IMG/VR virus record: IMGVR_UViG_3300035181_000357
Coordinates: 1-64,000 of that record
Strand: one strand, 5' to 3'
Length of the DNA: 64,000 bases
Below the pieces are notes generated by a model, which made no database searches, was not told the origin of the DNA, and worked only from the letters and a program-made list of their open reading frames with translations. The position numbers were made by a program, and so were the translations under genes. Shown here in pieces: positions 18,393-28,174 of the stretch; the first letter of the stretch is position 1; every line of letters begins with the position of its first letter.

Positions 18393-19688
18393 TCAGATGA
18401 TGTCTTCCAAATCATCATCGTTGAATACAGGTTTAGGGCTGATACCCTTTGCTGGCTTTTCCACTTGCTTTAATTTGAATTGTTCTTGAGCCATTGAAAT
18501 TGCAGGAAAATCATCGTCGTCATCAGCAACTGGAATAGCATCCTTTGAAGAACTAGCAGATACCTCGAAATCCTTAGGAGGTGCTGTTACCTTAGTTGCT
18601 TTCTTAAAGAGGATAGGCTCGTCATCATCTTCTTCTACAGGAGGTAGCGATTTTCCTTCTGTCTTTGTTACCTTGTTATCCTCAACCTTTATCTTACCAA
18701 GGAATGGATCATCGACCACAGCAACTACGATTGGAGATACCTCTTGAACCGTTCTCTTGACGATCTTTTTGTGGGCTTCGACCATTGCTACTTGATCTTC
18801 AGAGAAGTCAACGGCTGGAGAGAATTCGGTTTCTTCCTTTTCGAAGACTACATCTTGTTCAGGATCGGCCATTTGATTCTTGAAAGCATCATCAATCACA
18901 TGATTCTGAATAATGATATCTTCTGGATCTTCCTCATCATTAAGAGCCTTATACAATACAGGCTCGTCGTCATCTACCTCTTCTTCAGGTAGAGGTGGCT
19001 GCTTAAAATGTTCCCCATATCTTTCTTGAAGCTTCTGATATTTAGGTAATCTGACAGCTTCATTTCCAAACTCAGAAGGAGGAGCTATGTTAGAGATCGA
19101 GGCATTAACCTGATCCTTAGCCATCTTGTACTTCTCTTGAGCCAGATTCTTGTGTGACTTTAACATACCAAGATGAATCTCAACTGACTGAATCATAGCC
19201 TCAATATCTAGGTCCTGACCCTTCATCAATCGGCTGAATTCTGAGTCTCCGAGAGACTTGATCGCTGAGATAGGAATCTTGATCTCGTTTGATCTAAGAG
19301 CCTGTGATAACGCGATTTGATACCAGGCACTGAATGTAGCACCAACATTTTCAACACTCTTCTGAATACTCTTTAGACGAGACTGAAAGAATACTGCCTT
19401 TACTGATACCTGTTCTAATTGGTCTAGAACTTCTTGTAACGTGTTCGTAACAGACAGAATGTAAGCATATTCAGTACCAGGTGCGATCGTAGAATTTAGA
19501 TCGAAGGACTTAAGATTACCAATATCCTTTCGGAGTAGATTGAAATAGTCTCCGACAGATACTTGACCATCTTCTGTTTGATAATTCAAACTCTCGCAGA
19601 TCTGATTTATCTGATCCAAAATAGGAGCACCAGACAACAGGACTTCAGCAGAAAATAATTGTACATTTATGTTCATACGAACTTCCAT
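18393..19688 (-). CDS. Hypothetical protein (coiled-coil N-half, acidic low-complexity C-half)
   Basis: 431-aa ORF, no family recognised. Confidence 0.6.
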   Translation of the reverse strand: MEVRMNINVQLFSAEVLLSGAPILDQINQICESLNYQTEDGQVSVGDYFNLLRKDIGNLKSFDLNSTIAPGTEYAYILSVTNTLQEVLDQLEQVSVKAVFFQSRLKSIQKSVENVGATFSAWYQIALSQALRSNEIKIPISAIKSLGDSEFSRLMKGQDLDIEAMIQSVEIHLGMLKSHKNLAQEKYKMAKDQVNASISNIAPPSEFGNEAVRLPKYQKLQERYGEHFKQPPLPEEEVDDDEPVLYKALNDEEDPEDIIIQNHVIDDAFKNQMADPEQDVVFEKEETEFSPAVDFSEDQVAMVEAHKKIVKRTVQEVSPIVVAVVDDPFLGKIKVEDNKVTKTEGKSLPPVEEDDDEPILFKKATKVTAPPKDFEVSASSSKDAIPVADDDDDFPAISMAQEQFKLKQVEKPAKGISPKPVFNDDDLEDII

Positions 19689-19984
19689 TTAATTGGATCA
19701 CAATCTGTTAATACATACTGGCTACCAATTCCTTTACTTTCTTTACATGGACCTAGTGCCCATACCACCTTAGTAACTAACTCCACAGGGGTTACAAATT
19801 CTGCTACAGGTACCGTCTTTTCATACACTAGAACGATCTCTCTGGTCTCGAAACCATCGGTAACCAGAGTCCCTGGAACTACCATTCTTTCTTCAAAGAA
19901 ATCTAGAACAGGTCTAAGAGTCTCCTTGCTTGCATATCCACAGAAGACATTGGATACTAAATTATACAATTCCTTAGTTTTCAT
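19673..19984 (-). CDS. Hypothetical protein
   Basis: 103-aa coupled ORF. Confidence 0.55.
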   Translation of the reverse strand: MKTKELYNLVSNVFCGYASKETLRPVLDFFEERMVVPGTLVTDGFETREIVLVYEKTVPVAEFVTPVELVTKVVWALGPCKESKGIGSQYVLTDCDPIKWKFV

Positions 19985-20279
19985 ATTGCTTCTCCTTTAC
20001 ATAAGTTCTAATCTTCTCTATTCTATTTAGAGTTACTTTCATAGCGTGCCCTGTAGTCTCAGCATCAGCACTCTTGTCAGCATATCGAGCAGCTATGACA
20101 AGCTTCCAGGCTTCTGTCAACATATCTAGGCTTTGATCGAACGCTTCTTCAATCTCGAGACCCTTTGTACCCTCAGGACTATCTGAACGGAGATGAATGA
20201 ATCGGCCATTACCAGCACCGTATTCCATGTCTCTAACGTCTAATCCTATAGTGATCGATGTGATCGGTAATTTACTCAT
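19974..20279 (-). CDS. Hypothetical protein
   Basis: 101-aa coupled ORF. Confidence 0.55.
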   Translation of the reverse strand: MSKLPITSITIGLDVRDMEYGAGNGRFIHLRSDSPEGTKGLEIEEAFDQSLDMLTEAWKLVIAARYADKSADAETTGHAMKVTLNRIEKIRTYVKEKQYEN

Positions 20280-20286
20280 ATCCTAC

Positions 20287-21030
20287 CTATTTGTAGTTTG
20301 TAATACGGAGCCACACTGGGTCATCAAAATCAACGAGGTCCCGATTGACTTCTGATACCGATGATCCAAGCTCCAAGACAGTTTCTTGTCTGGTATTAGT
20401 TTTCTGTTCCTTGCGTAAGGCTCTAGTAGAAGATTCTGTAATCCTTATTGGCTTAGTCCCTAGTAGTTTTCTGAACTCACTGGTCATTGATTTCAGATCG
20501 GCTCTATTATTCAATTCAGCTAAGTTGTGGGTACAGAACCATGTCTGCTTACCTAGACTCTTCCTCGTTTTGATAACATACTCATGTTGTTTTCCAGCCG
20601 CTTCATAGAATGGAAAAGCCGAGGCTATAATGATGAGGAGATCGGTACGATATAGCTCTCGTCTCTGCTCATCCTCTTTAGAAAAGGATCTAGACATAAT
20701 CTCATCAGGAGTCATTACCTTCCAAGTCTTAGTCCAGATCTTTCTATGTAGTAAAGCGGTCTTTAAATGTGCATACAAATTCGGAGCGTTCTCAAACTCG
20801 ATAGTTATATCTTTATTTTTCTCCAACGGTTCTAGAAGAGGTGTTGACTTCAGTGATCCATATCTCTTTAACTCACCGAGGTACTTCAAGATCATCTCTT
20901 TGATAACACACTGACAAGGACTATAACTCCCGTCTTCATTTGCTAACGATCTAGATCCACGACATTTTGGACATACCTTTGCAGCTAAAAGAAATACATT
21001 TTCAATGTCTCTCTGGCTACTCGTCGTCAT
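20287..21030 (-). CDS. DnaC/IstB-like helicase loader, degenerate
   Basis: N-terminal CPKC...CQC Zn motif, then a ..DLLII..., R....K.TWFCT/N pattern of DnaC-like AAA+. No intact Walker A. Confidence 0.5.
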   Translation of the reverse strand: MTTSSQRDIENVFLLAAKVCPKCRGSRSLANEDGSYSPCQCVIKEMILKYLGELKRYGSLKSTPLLEPLEKNKDITIEFENAPNLYAHLKTALLHRKIWTKTWKVMTPDEIMSRSFSKEDEQRRELYRTDLLIIIASAFPFYEAAGKQHEYVIKTRKSLGKQTWFCTHNLAELNNRADLKSMTSEFRKLLGTKPIRITESSTRALRKEQKTNTRQETVLELGSSVSEVNRDLVDFDDPVWLRITNYK

Positions 21031-23041
21031 CTAATACCCCACCACCTAGACTTGATACCTTTTGTTGTAAGGCTGAGTATGAATCCGTGTTCCACAGTTC
21101 TTTCTCTTCCACACGCTTCTTGGGTTTCTTAGTCTCGAGAATTGTCTTTCTGACACCAATTTTATTCATAGTCAAATTGGTACCATCAATAAAGTTCTTT
21201 AATTTCAGCGTCTTCACATGAGCCTTCAACATATCTTCGAAATCGTTCTCATCATCAATCTTATCCATACCAGATGTCATATCGAGAAGTTCTGTACCAT
21301 CATCTAGTACACCAGCCGAATATGTCTCACCGAGGATGACTTCAAAGACGCCTTTCTTAGACCTCAGAGTCTCAATGACATACTCATCAATAGTACCTTT
21401 AGCCATTAAGATATGGAGAGTACAAGCGGAATGTGGACTGGCCATACGTAACATTCTTCCTACGAGCTGAAGCATATCTCCCCATGACCAAGGACAATCT
21501 AAGACGATCATGTGAGCAGCTTGTTGAAGATTGATACCTTCTATACCAGCTGCATTGATGAAGATGAGATCATGTTCATCAGACTCCTGGAATAGTCTAC
21601 GATTTATTTCTCTCTTCTTCTCATTCTCAGCACCAGTAATTCTAAGGAAATTTCTATCTGTGAAATGCCCTTCTTTACTGAGCCACTCTAATCTATCGAT
21701 CCAGGATCTGTACTTCGTGAATACAATGACTTTCTGTCCAGATAACTCACCATCAAGCAGATCTAGTAATTCTTCCTCTTTGGACGACAGAGCCTTATTA
21801 TGGAATATCTTTGGATCATCCCTATCTAGTAACGCACTCGAATTCGCTACTAACTGGAAGACAGACATAGCTGTCATCATGTTGTCGATGCTTCTGTCCT
21901 TGACCTCTACTACTTCCCCAGCTACTTTCTTTATACTCGGTGGTAGAACATAGTCGCCATTCGGAATATCCTTTAGGAGCAACTTATATTCTTTGTCACT
22001 GAGATCAAAGGGATGGAATATTGTTGCTAACTTGGGTAGCTTTTCTTTAACTTGTGCCTGGGATCTTCCATAGTAGAATGGACGGATAGCCATCTTGAAA
22101 TCACGGACATTTTTATATCCAACGATGTCCCACTTATATCTGCCTCTACCAATGTGTTTCTTTTTCTGAACACAGAAATTATATTTGAAACTGAACTCTG
22201 TTCCGAACGGACGAATACCAACAGCCCAGGCAATGGAATAGAACTCATCTAGTTTGTTTTTCAATCCTGTGGCTGTCATAACGTGAACACGATGAGCATG
22301 TTTCTGGATATTTTCTACCAACGTTCTAATACTGGTCCCAGCAGATTTAAACTTCTGTCCTTCGTCTAGAATCAGATAGATATGCTCACCATGTGGTGCC
22401 ATCAACTCACATAGTTTTAGGATCTCTTGACTAATTACTTCTTTCTTGTCATCTGGAGCAGGATCGCCATTATCATCAAACTCGCCCTCGATCCTCTTTC
22501 GTTTCCCAATGAGAGATGTGTACTTAGCAATCAACACATCTTTCTTCTTACCATTGAGGAAATGTTCTACCTGTTTTAATCTCGCTTCATTACTCTTTAA
22601 ATCTCTGTATTTATCCTTCATTACCCAGACATTTAAGTCAGAAAATTTCTCGAACTCTGAAGCCCACTGGTACACAGTAGATCTCGTAGTTAGAACTATG
22701 ACCTTAAGATTCTCTACTCTGTCGTAGTGGTAACACGAACTGGCAATGGCACAAATCGTCTTACCTAACCCTACTGCATCTCCAATGATGAGCCTAGGTA
22801 GGATCGCCATATGAGCTATCATCATCGTCTGGTAGTTTCTTGGAGGAATCTGTCCGTATTTGGATCCCATCTTTATGGGGATTGGACCAGATTCAGGATC
22901 ATGCTTTCTGATCCTCTCCAATTTTTCCAGATCTTTATCGGCTATACCCTTATACTGGGTATACCAAGTTACTAGGCCACAGTTTGGATTTGGTACAAAC
23001 CGTTCCTTGAGCTCTCTTATACTGACTTTCTTTTCTGCCAT
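21017..23041 (-). CDS. SNF2-family superfamily 2 helicase
   Basis: GDAVGLGKT, ILDE, MTATGLKN, KVIVFT, GIEGINLQ, QLVGRMLR. Confidence 0.9.
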   Translation of the reverse strand: MAEKKVSIRELKERFVPNPNCGLVTWYTQYKGIADKDLEKLERIRKHDPESGPIPIKMGSKYGQIPPRNYQTMMIAHMAILPRLIIGDAVGLGKTICAIASSCYHYDRVENLKVIVLTTRSTVYQWASEFEKFSDLNVWVMKDKYRDLKSNEARLKQVEHFLNGKKKDVLIAKYTSLIGKRKRIEGEFDDNGDPAPDDKKEVISQEILKLCELMAPHGEHIYLILDEGQKFKSAGTSIRTLVENIQKHAHRVHVMTATGLKNKLDEFYSIAWAVGIRPFGTEFSFKYNFCVQKKKHIGRGRYKWDIVGYKNVRDFKMAIRPFYYGRSQAQVKEKLPKLATIFHPFDLSDKEYKLLLKDIPNGDYVLPPSIKKVAGEVVEVKDRSIDNMMTAMSVFQLVANSSALLDRDDPKIFHNKALSSKEEELLDLLDGELSGQKVIVFTKYRSWIDRLEWLSKEGHFTDRNFLRITGAENEKKREINRRLFQESDEHDLIFINAAGIEGINLQQAAHMIVLDCPWSWGDMLQLVGRMLRMASPHSACTLHILMAKGTIDEYVIETLRSKKGVFEVILGETYSAGVLDDGTELLDMTSGMDKIDDENDFEDMLKAHVKTLKLKNFIDGTNLTMNKIGVRKTILETKKPKKRVEEKELWNTDSYSALQQKVSSLGGGVLDDDE

Positions 23042-23056
23042 CAGTTAACTGATACT

Positions 23057-23323
23057 CTATGATAGTTTGGGAAGGTTCAAAAGTCTTCCATACGGAATCT
23101 GTTCCCATTTCTTTTCAGGATCTTCGATGTGGCACACTTCAATGAGTAATTTGTCATCAAGAGGTAGCCAACCAAATTTGTTATCAAGGAAATAGGGATG
23201 ATTGTCTTCAGTTATCTTTATAGAACTTACAAAGACCCCATTTATTTTTAAGAGATGTCTACTGTGTTGGATCATTTTAGTTATCATATAATTTATGGTT
23301 GGAATCACTGAGATCCCAACCAC
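23057..23323 (-). CDS. Hypothetical protein
   Basis: 88-aa ORF. Confidence 0.45.
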   Translation of the reverse strand: MVGISVIPTINYMITKMIQHSRHLLKINGVFVSSIKITEDNHPYFLDNKFGWLPLDDKLLIEVCHIEDPEKKWEQIPYGRLLNLPKLS

Positions 23324-23489
23324 TAGCGGTTAATTCATATATCATCCCAGTACGTGTAATTTCCACTGGTCTGATTAGTTTACGAGATTTTAGAGATAGA
23401 AGAGTAAGGTCATCCAGCATAGGATGTCCTTCATGGATTCCTTCTGGGTGATAATCTGCAATCTTGCATAACGTTTTGATTGGATCCAT
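23277..23489 (-). CDS. Hypothetical protein (possible winged helix)
   Basis: 70 aa; LKSRKLI...G..YELT..G pattern. Confidence 0.45.
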   Translation of the reverse strand: MDPIKTLCKIADYHPEGIHEGHPMLDDLTLLSLKSRKLIRPVEITRTGMIYELTASGWDLSDSNHKLYDN

Positions 23490-23492
23490 AAA

Positions 23493-23909
23493 TCACTTCT
23501 CTAATGAAGGATCAGGGAATCCGTGAATTGGGCAAGAACCATTAATATAACGACGGCCAGTACCGTATGAATCTTGATTATCCATTTGAGGACAGCGACA
23601 ATTAGGGATCTGGTTCCACCAAGTATGAAAATCACTATTTAGAGGAAACTTCCAAGCCTTCTGGAGTTCGAATTCCAGATTATGAAGAACTTCTGCTAGA
23701 AATCGAAGCTCGGAAACAGCCTTACTCTTTCTGTCTGGCAATCCATCTGGAGCAACTTGAATACTAGCAGCTCGTTCAAACAAAAGATGACGATAGATAT
23801 GAAGTTTTTTAATTTCTTCTACCCGTTTGGCACTGAGTCTCTTGGATTTCACCAGAGCTGGATTTAGCTCCATCAATTCAAGGTCACCATATCGAACAAC
23901 AAGATCCAT
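23493..23909 (-). CDS. Phage protein with Cys/His C-terminal motif
   Basis: ELQKAWKF...FHTWW...CRCP.MDN...G....I...CPIHG; AGGAGG RBS. Confidence 0.65.
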   Translation of the reverse strand: MDLVVRYGDLELMELNPALVKSKRLSAKRVEEIKKLHIYRHLLFERAASIQVAPDGLPDRKSKAVSELRFLAEVLHNLEFELQKAWKFPLNSDFHTWWNQIPNCRCPQMDNQDSYGTGRRYINGSCPIHGFPDPSLEK

Positions 23910-23963
23910 GTATCCTCCTACACATATCTTATTACCCTATAGCTATCTAAATGAACTAATTAA

Positions 23964-23986
23964 AAGGGCCACGTTTAGTGGCCCTT
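23964..23986 (-). terminator. Intrinsic terminator
   Basis: AAGGGCCAC-TAAAC-GTGGCCCTT followed by TTAATT. Confidence 0.65.
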
Positions 23987-24051
23987 GGTCAGATATATCT
24001 GACGTACACTTTATAGTGCCTACTAGTTGATGTGGAATCCAACTATCTTAC

Positions 24052-24942
24052 CTAAGTGAACTCAAGTTCCTTTTTATTTATCCAATATTCATATGGGTCT
24101 TTGAACTTATCTTTCAACATCCATACCCTATGACCATCAGCTTTAAGTCTATTACTGTATTCAGCCCCTACTTCGTCAGAATCTAATATAAATACTAATT
24201 TCAGACCCTCGAGTTGCTTCCAGTGCATGTCAGAAATGAATGCACTACCCAATCCAACCGATTGCATCCCAAGCTGATCACAAGCTACATGATCAAAGAA
24301 CCCTTCTACTACGTAGACAGTCTTGTTGGGATCTATTTTATGAAGACCGAACGTAGCCGATCTACCATGAGAGAATAGCCACTTTGCCCAGAACTTGCTG
24401 ACATGTTCATCCACATATCTGAATACCAGGTTATTTAGATTCCCTTGTCTATCGTAACTAGGCATAACTATCTGCTCTTGAACTAACATATCGGTGGGTT
24501 CACCTAATTGTTCTAACTTGTAGCTAGCGTATTCTAGCTCTTCTTTATAGAATGGGAAATATCTAGATAACGATTTATAATCATGATCTCGGTATCGCCA
24601 TGAACTCATTTGGTATTCATGGATCAGGTCCATTGGAAATGACCTAGCCTTTAGATAGTCCGAGCATATTTCTGACATAGGTTGGCTCAAGATATCGTTA
24701 ACTTCATCTATACATAAATCTGGATGTCTAGGGACATAGTCAGGATACCCGAATTTCGTAGCTATAGACTTGGCATAATCTCTGTTTACGGTATGATGAT
24801 CTAACGCTGCTTTCATCTCACCATGAGGAACTAGTAACTTGGCTAGTTCAATACCCTCTTCTGGTACGAAGTACTCCAGAAATGGTAGAGGATCAATAAC
24901 CAATTTATACCGTAACTTTTTCTTAGGTCCAGGATTCAACAT
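24052..24942 (-). CDS. DnaG-type primase catalytic (TOPRIM) protein 1, no Zn finger
   Basis: VYVVEGFFD...G....V...G.A, ILDSDEVG, KDP.E. Confidence 0.75.
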   Translation of the reverse strand: MLNPGPKKKLRYKLVIDPLPFLEYFVPEEGIELAKLLVPHGEMKAALDHHTVNRDYAKSIATKFGYPDYVPRHPDLCIDEVNDILSQPMSEICSDYLKARSFPMDLIHEYQMSSWRYRDHDYKSLSRYFPFYKEELEYASYKLEQLGEPTDMLVQEQIVMPSYDRQGNLNNLVFRYVDEHVSKFWAKWLFSHGRSATFGLHKIDPNKTVYVVEGFFDHVACDQLGMQSVGLGSAFISDMHWKQLEGLKLVFILDSDEVGAEYSNRLKADGHRVWMLKDKFKDPYEYWINKKELEFT

Positions 24943-24956
24943 ACGTCGTTAATACC

Positions 24957-24990
24957 TATAAAAATAGGCTCCGAAGAGCCTATTTTTATA
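24957..24990. terminator. Bidirectional intrinsic terminator, UUCG loop
   Basis: TATAAAAATAGGCTC-CGAA-GAGCCTATTTTTATA, 15-bp perfect inverted repeat. Confidence 0.85.
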
Positions 24991-25004
24991 CCTACCTAGG
25001 CAGA

Positions 25005-25817
25005 TTAATCGATCAGACCACCACCGTACTGTTCCACGAACATATCGTATAGGAACTCATTTCTAGTTCTCCAAGATGCTAATCTATCTTCTGGAATGTT
25101 TCTCCACCACTGCTTGACAGCGTTGGCACCATAGAGATCGACTAGATCCCCAGGTCCAATGATCTGTCTGCTAGTCTCGGCTGCTGCGGTATCATGGAAC
25201 ATGAAATCATCAAGCTGTCCAAAATGCTGCTTTAACTTAGTTCCAACGGCCTCTTTGAAATCTTCATCAAATCTGGATTTTAATCTGCTTGGTTGATAGC
25301 AGGTTCCGAAGTATTCATCAACCATACTATCAATATCTAGTGACAAGATACAAGAGGTTGGAACCTTAATACCATAATCCTCTAGGAGAGAACCACAGAG
25401 ACAATAAGGAAGGTCTTGAGATTTAGCTAAGTGGGCAAACTTCTTGTACAGGCGAGGAAGCATAGCCTGATATCTCTTCCTCATCTGAACTTGTGTATCT
25501 TCTGGAGGAGCAGCATCGTTCTTCCATGAACGAGTGCCAAACATGGTCTCTAATTCTTCTGTGAGAGTTCCATCACCATATGGTGATGTAGATCCTGGAC
25601 CTTGTACCCAATCACATACTTCTTCGAAGCCAGCCTTTAAAGCTTCTGCTAGGGTTCCAGTATACTTAAATGGTTTTCTAGGCATAGCTTGCTTCTCCAC
25701 AGGAACAGCAACGGAATCATTATCGAAATCATCCTTGAAAGGGGCACGGGCACCTAACCTATACTTATTTAGGGCTACTTTAAATTTATCTAACTTCGAC
25801 ATATTAGGCTCCGCCAC
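25005..25817 (-). CDS. Hypothetical protein
   Basis: 270-aa ORF. Confidence 0.6.
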   Translation of the reverse strand: MAEPNMSKLDKFKVALNKYRLGARAPFKDDFDNDSVAVPVEKQAMPRKPFKYTGTLAEALKAGFEEVCDWVQGPGSTSPYGDGTLTEELETMFGTRSWKNDAAPPEDTQVQMRKRYQAMLPRLYKKFAHLAKSQDLPYCLCGSLLEDYGIKVPTSCILSLDIDSMVDEYFGTCYQPSRLKSRFDEDFKEAVGTKLKQHFGQLDDFMFHDTAAAETSRQIIGPGDLVDLYGANAVKQWWRNIPEDRLASWRTRNEFLYDMFVEQYGGGLID

Positions 25818-26223
25818 CTAGATCATCTGCTTTATCCATTAATCTCTTACCCTTATCGAGTTGAGCCTTCATTACATTTAAAACAACTTGTACGTCGTCT
25901 TCCCACTGGTGTGGATCGGTCATCAATACAGGTTCACCATGCTGTTTTAATACAACCATGACACAGAAAGCAGTATTTCCGAAATGAATAGGAGCACCTG
26001 CTAATCCATATGAACTGTCTTTTCCCATATTTACTAGCTCGATGTCGGCAGACCACTCTTCATCAGAGCCAGAACCAAACATAGCTGGTACATCAGTATA
26101 AGTTCTTAGAGGGATCCCAAGAACCTTAGCGTACTCTTCTGGGGATTCTGGTTTTTCTGATCGGCCGAAACCAGGTAGATCACTAGAATCCAATGCCGTT
26201 TTACGGGTCGTGAGTTTAGACAT
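25804..26223 (-). CDS. Hypothetical protein
   Basis: 139 aa, N-terminal MSKLTTRKTA, AGGAG RBS. Confidence 0.6.
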   Translation of the reverse strand: MSKLTTRKTALDSSDLPGFGRSEKPESPEEYAKVLGIPLRTYTDVPAMFGSGSDEEWSADIELVNMGKDSSYGLAGAPIHFGNTAFCVMVVLKQHGEPVLMTDPHQWEDDVQVVLNVMKAQLDKGKRLMDKADDLGGGA

Positions 26224-26267
26224 TAAAATCTCCTAAAAATATATCACTCAGCTTAGTATTACAAAGT

Positions 26268-27116
26268 TCACGGTTTTATATCGAACTTATACCCAAGACC
26301 AATAACTGAAGTCGTGCCTATGAATCCAGCAGTTAACTCCATTTTATTATTAACTCTGTAGCCACCGAGAATTCCAGCTGTCCATTTCTTGGTATCAAAA
26401 TTGTAACCAGCTACTGGTGATACTGTAAATCTAGGCAACGCTTTATCAAGGCCAAACGCACTCGGTGTGAACATATTTTTAGCAGATTCTAATGGGATCT
26501 CTTCTTTACCGATCAGCACGTTATTCTCATCATAGACTTCTCTAGACATTTTAGCAGCTGATCTGTACCCACCGTCTTCTAACTTCCATTCACCAAAAGA
26601 GGTTGTAAACAGCTCTTTGTTGTTCTTCCATTTGGAACCAGTAAAGGCCAGACCTAGGGGTTTTGATGGATCATAATTGAGATTAAGACTAGTTAGTGCT
26701 GGGGCATTTGGTCGTTCTTGAACCAACTTCACATCTTTTACCACACCAGTTGCATCTCGAGATCCACCAATAATCTTGGTCAAATCCATCATATTTGCAT
26801 TAATCTTACCCACAGTAGTAAACAAACTCTGCAACTGCGCATTGTTTGCATTCATGTACTGAACCATTTGATTGCCTAGAAGCTTAGTAGCTTCTGTTTG
26901 GGCTTCAGAATTCTTCTTCAGTATCTCATTGGTAGATTGATATGCCTCTCCAACTTTCTTGAAGTCAGATTGAAGAGTGGAAGTCATTGCTACTTGTCGC
27001 TTTAACTCATTCTTAGCATCGATATAATCGTTAATGAAGAAGGTGACAGCTAATACAGCTGCCACCCCTAATATGATCTTTATCTGTAGCGCATAAGCTT
27101 TGATTGTTTCTAGCAT
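26268..27116 (-). CDS. Membrane-anchored coiled-coil protein with C-terminal beta strands (spanin-like?)
   Basis: N-terminal TM helix IILGVAAVLAVTFFI, coiled coil, amphipathic beta C-terminus ending LGYKF. Confidence 0.45.
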   Translation of the reverse strand: MLETIKAYALQIKIILGVAAVLAVTFFINDYIDAKNELKRQVAMTSTLQSDFKKVGEAYQSTNEILKKNSEAQTEATKLLGNQMVQYMNANNAQLQSLFTTVGKINANMMDLTKIIGGSRDATGVVKDVKLVQERPNAPALTSLNLNYDPSKPLGLAFTGSKWKNNKELFTTSFGEWKLEDGGYRSAAKMSREVYDENNVLIGKEEIPLESAKNMFTPSAFGLDKALPRFTVSPVAGYNFDTKKWTAGILGGYRVNNKMELTAGFIGTTSVIGLGYKFDIKP

Positions 27117-27121
27117 ATTTC

Positions 27122-28174
27122 CTACTTATTGATTAGCCTTGCGAAATTAAGAGCACCTCTTGCAGTAGCATCGAGGGGATACGTAGCGGAACGAGCTGTC
27201 CCGACACGGAAACGAACATTGAGATTCTTCATAAAGATGTCATTGAACATCTTATCGAAACCAGGAATTAAGCTAGTACCACCAGAATAAATAACTGGTA
27301 CCAGTTCCTTAATCTCAGTACGATTTGCTGGCATTGCAAAGAACTCATTTACAGCATCTACTAACTTAGTTAGAAGTTCCTTGTACATCAAGGAGATAGC
27401 TTCTGCCTGTCTCTCTGACTGGGCATCATGTGATGTATCAGGGTTGATAATTCTGCCAGTAACAACATCTACTCCATGTTCCTTCAACATTGTAATGTGA
27501 GAGGAAAGAGAGTTAGTGGCCTTGGCTGCACCATCATCGATGAAATCACCACCGAAAGGAATGCTGAACATTCTAACAGGTAGAGATTTGTACGTGCATG
27601 CTACGTTAATCATACCAGCACCAAGAGATACACTAAGTGCGGTTAATGGTAGTTCATCCGCGTTCTTTGGAGACATAGTCTCACTGTAGGTTACAGCTAC
27701 GGCCTCGTTAATTGCTCTAGCCTTGAAACCTAATCCGTTGATGAGTTCCTGGAAAAATCTGCTGTGAAAGTTTAGATCGTTCGACTGAATGACTCCGTTC
27801 TCAAAAATTGGACCCGGAATAGAGAAAGCAGCTACTTCTCCTGTTCCTTTGCCTAAGATCTTCTCAAGAATCAGAGATACTACAGCCTTACCATCCTCTT
27901 CCTTAGAACTTATGAAACCCTTAGATAGTGGGCGACGCAGTTCACCACCGAGAGCCCCAGCAAGCTCAACAGCATCTGCACCTACTACATAAAGGTTCTC
28001 TGCACCTTGTACGAAAGAGATTCCGGACATCTCGAGCATAGGTGCTTGCTCCAACGGAAGTGATAAGAAGCAATCTCGTACGCTGCTAATCTCTACCTTT
28101 GCGTCAGTGCTTTGTACTGCGGCCACCATGAACGCAGTTCCAACGTCAACGCCTTGGGGATTTACTTTAGACAT
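27122..28174 (-). CDS. Actin-like ATPase (MreB/ParM/FtsA superfamily), probable start MSKVNPQ
   Basis: Phosphate-1 GVDVGT, connect-1 NEAVAV, phosphate-2 SLGAGMINV, GGDFID, adenosine YSGGTSLIPGF, connect-2 ARG. Confidence 0.85.
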   Translation of the reverse strand: MSKVNPQGVDVGTAFMVAAVQSTDAKVEISSVRDCFLSLPLEQAPMLEMSGISFVQGAENLYVVGADAVELAGALGGELRRPLSKGFISSKEEDGKAVVSLILEKILGKGTGEVAAFSIPGPIFENGVIQSNDLNFHSRFFQELINGLGFKARAINEAVAVTYSETMSPKNADELPLTALSVSLGAGMINVACTYKSLPVRMFSIPFGGDFIDDGAAKATNSLSSHITMLKEHGVDVVTGRIINPDTSHDAQSERQAEAISLMYKELLTKLVDAVNEFFAMPANRTEIKELVPVIYSGGTSLIPGFDKMFNDIFMKNLNVRFRVGTARSATYPLDATARGALNFARLINK

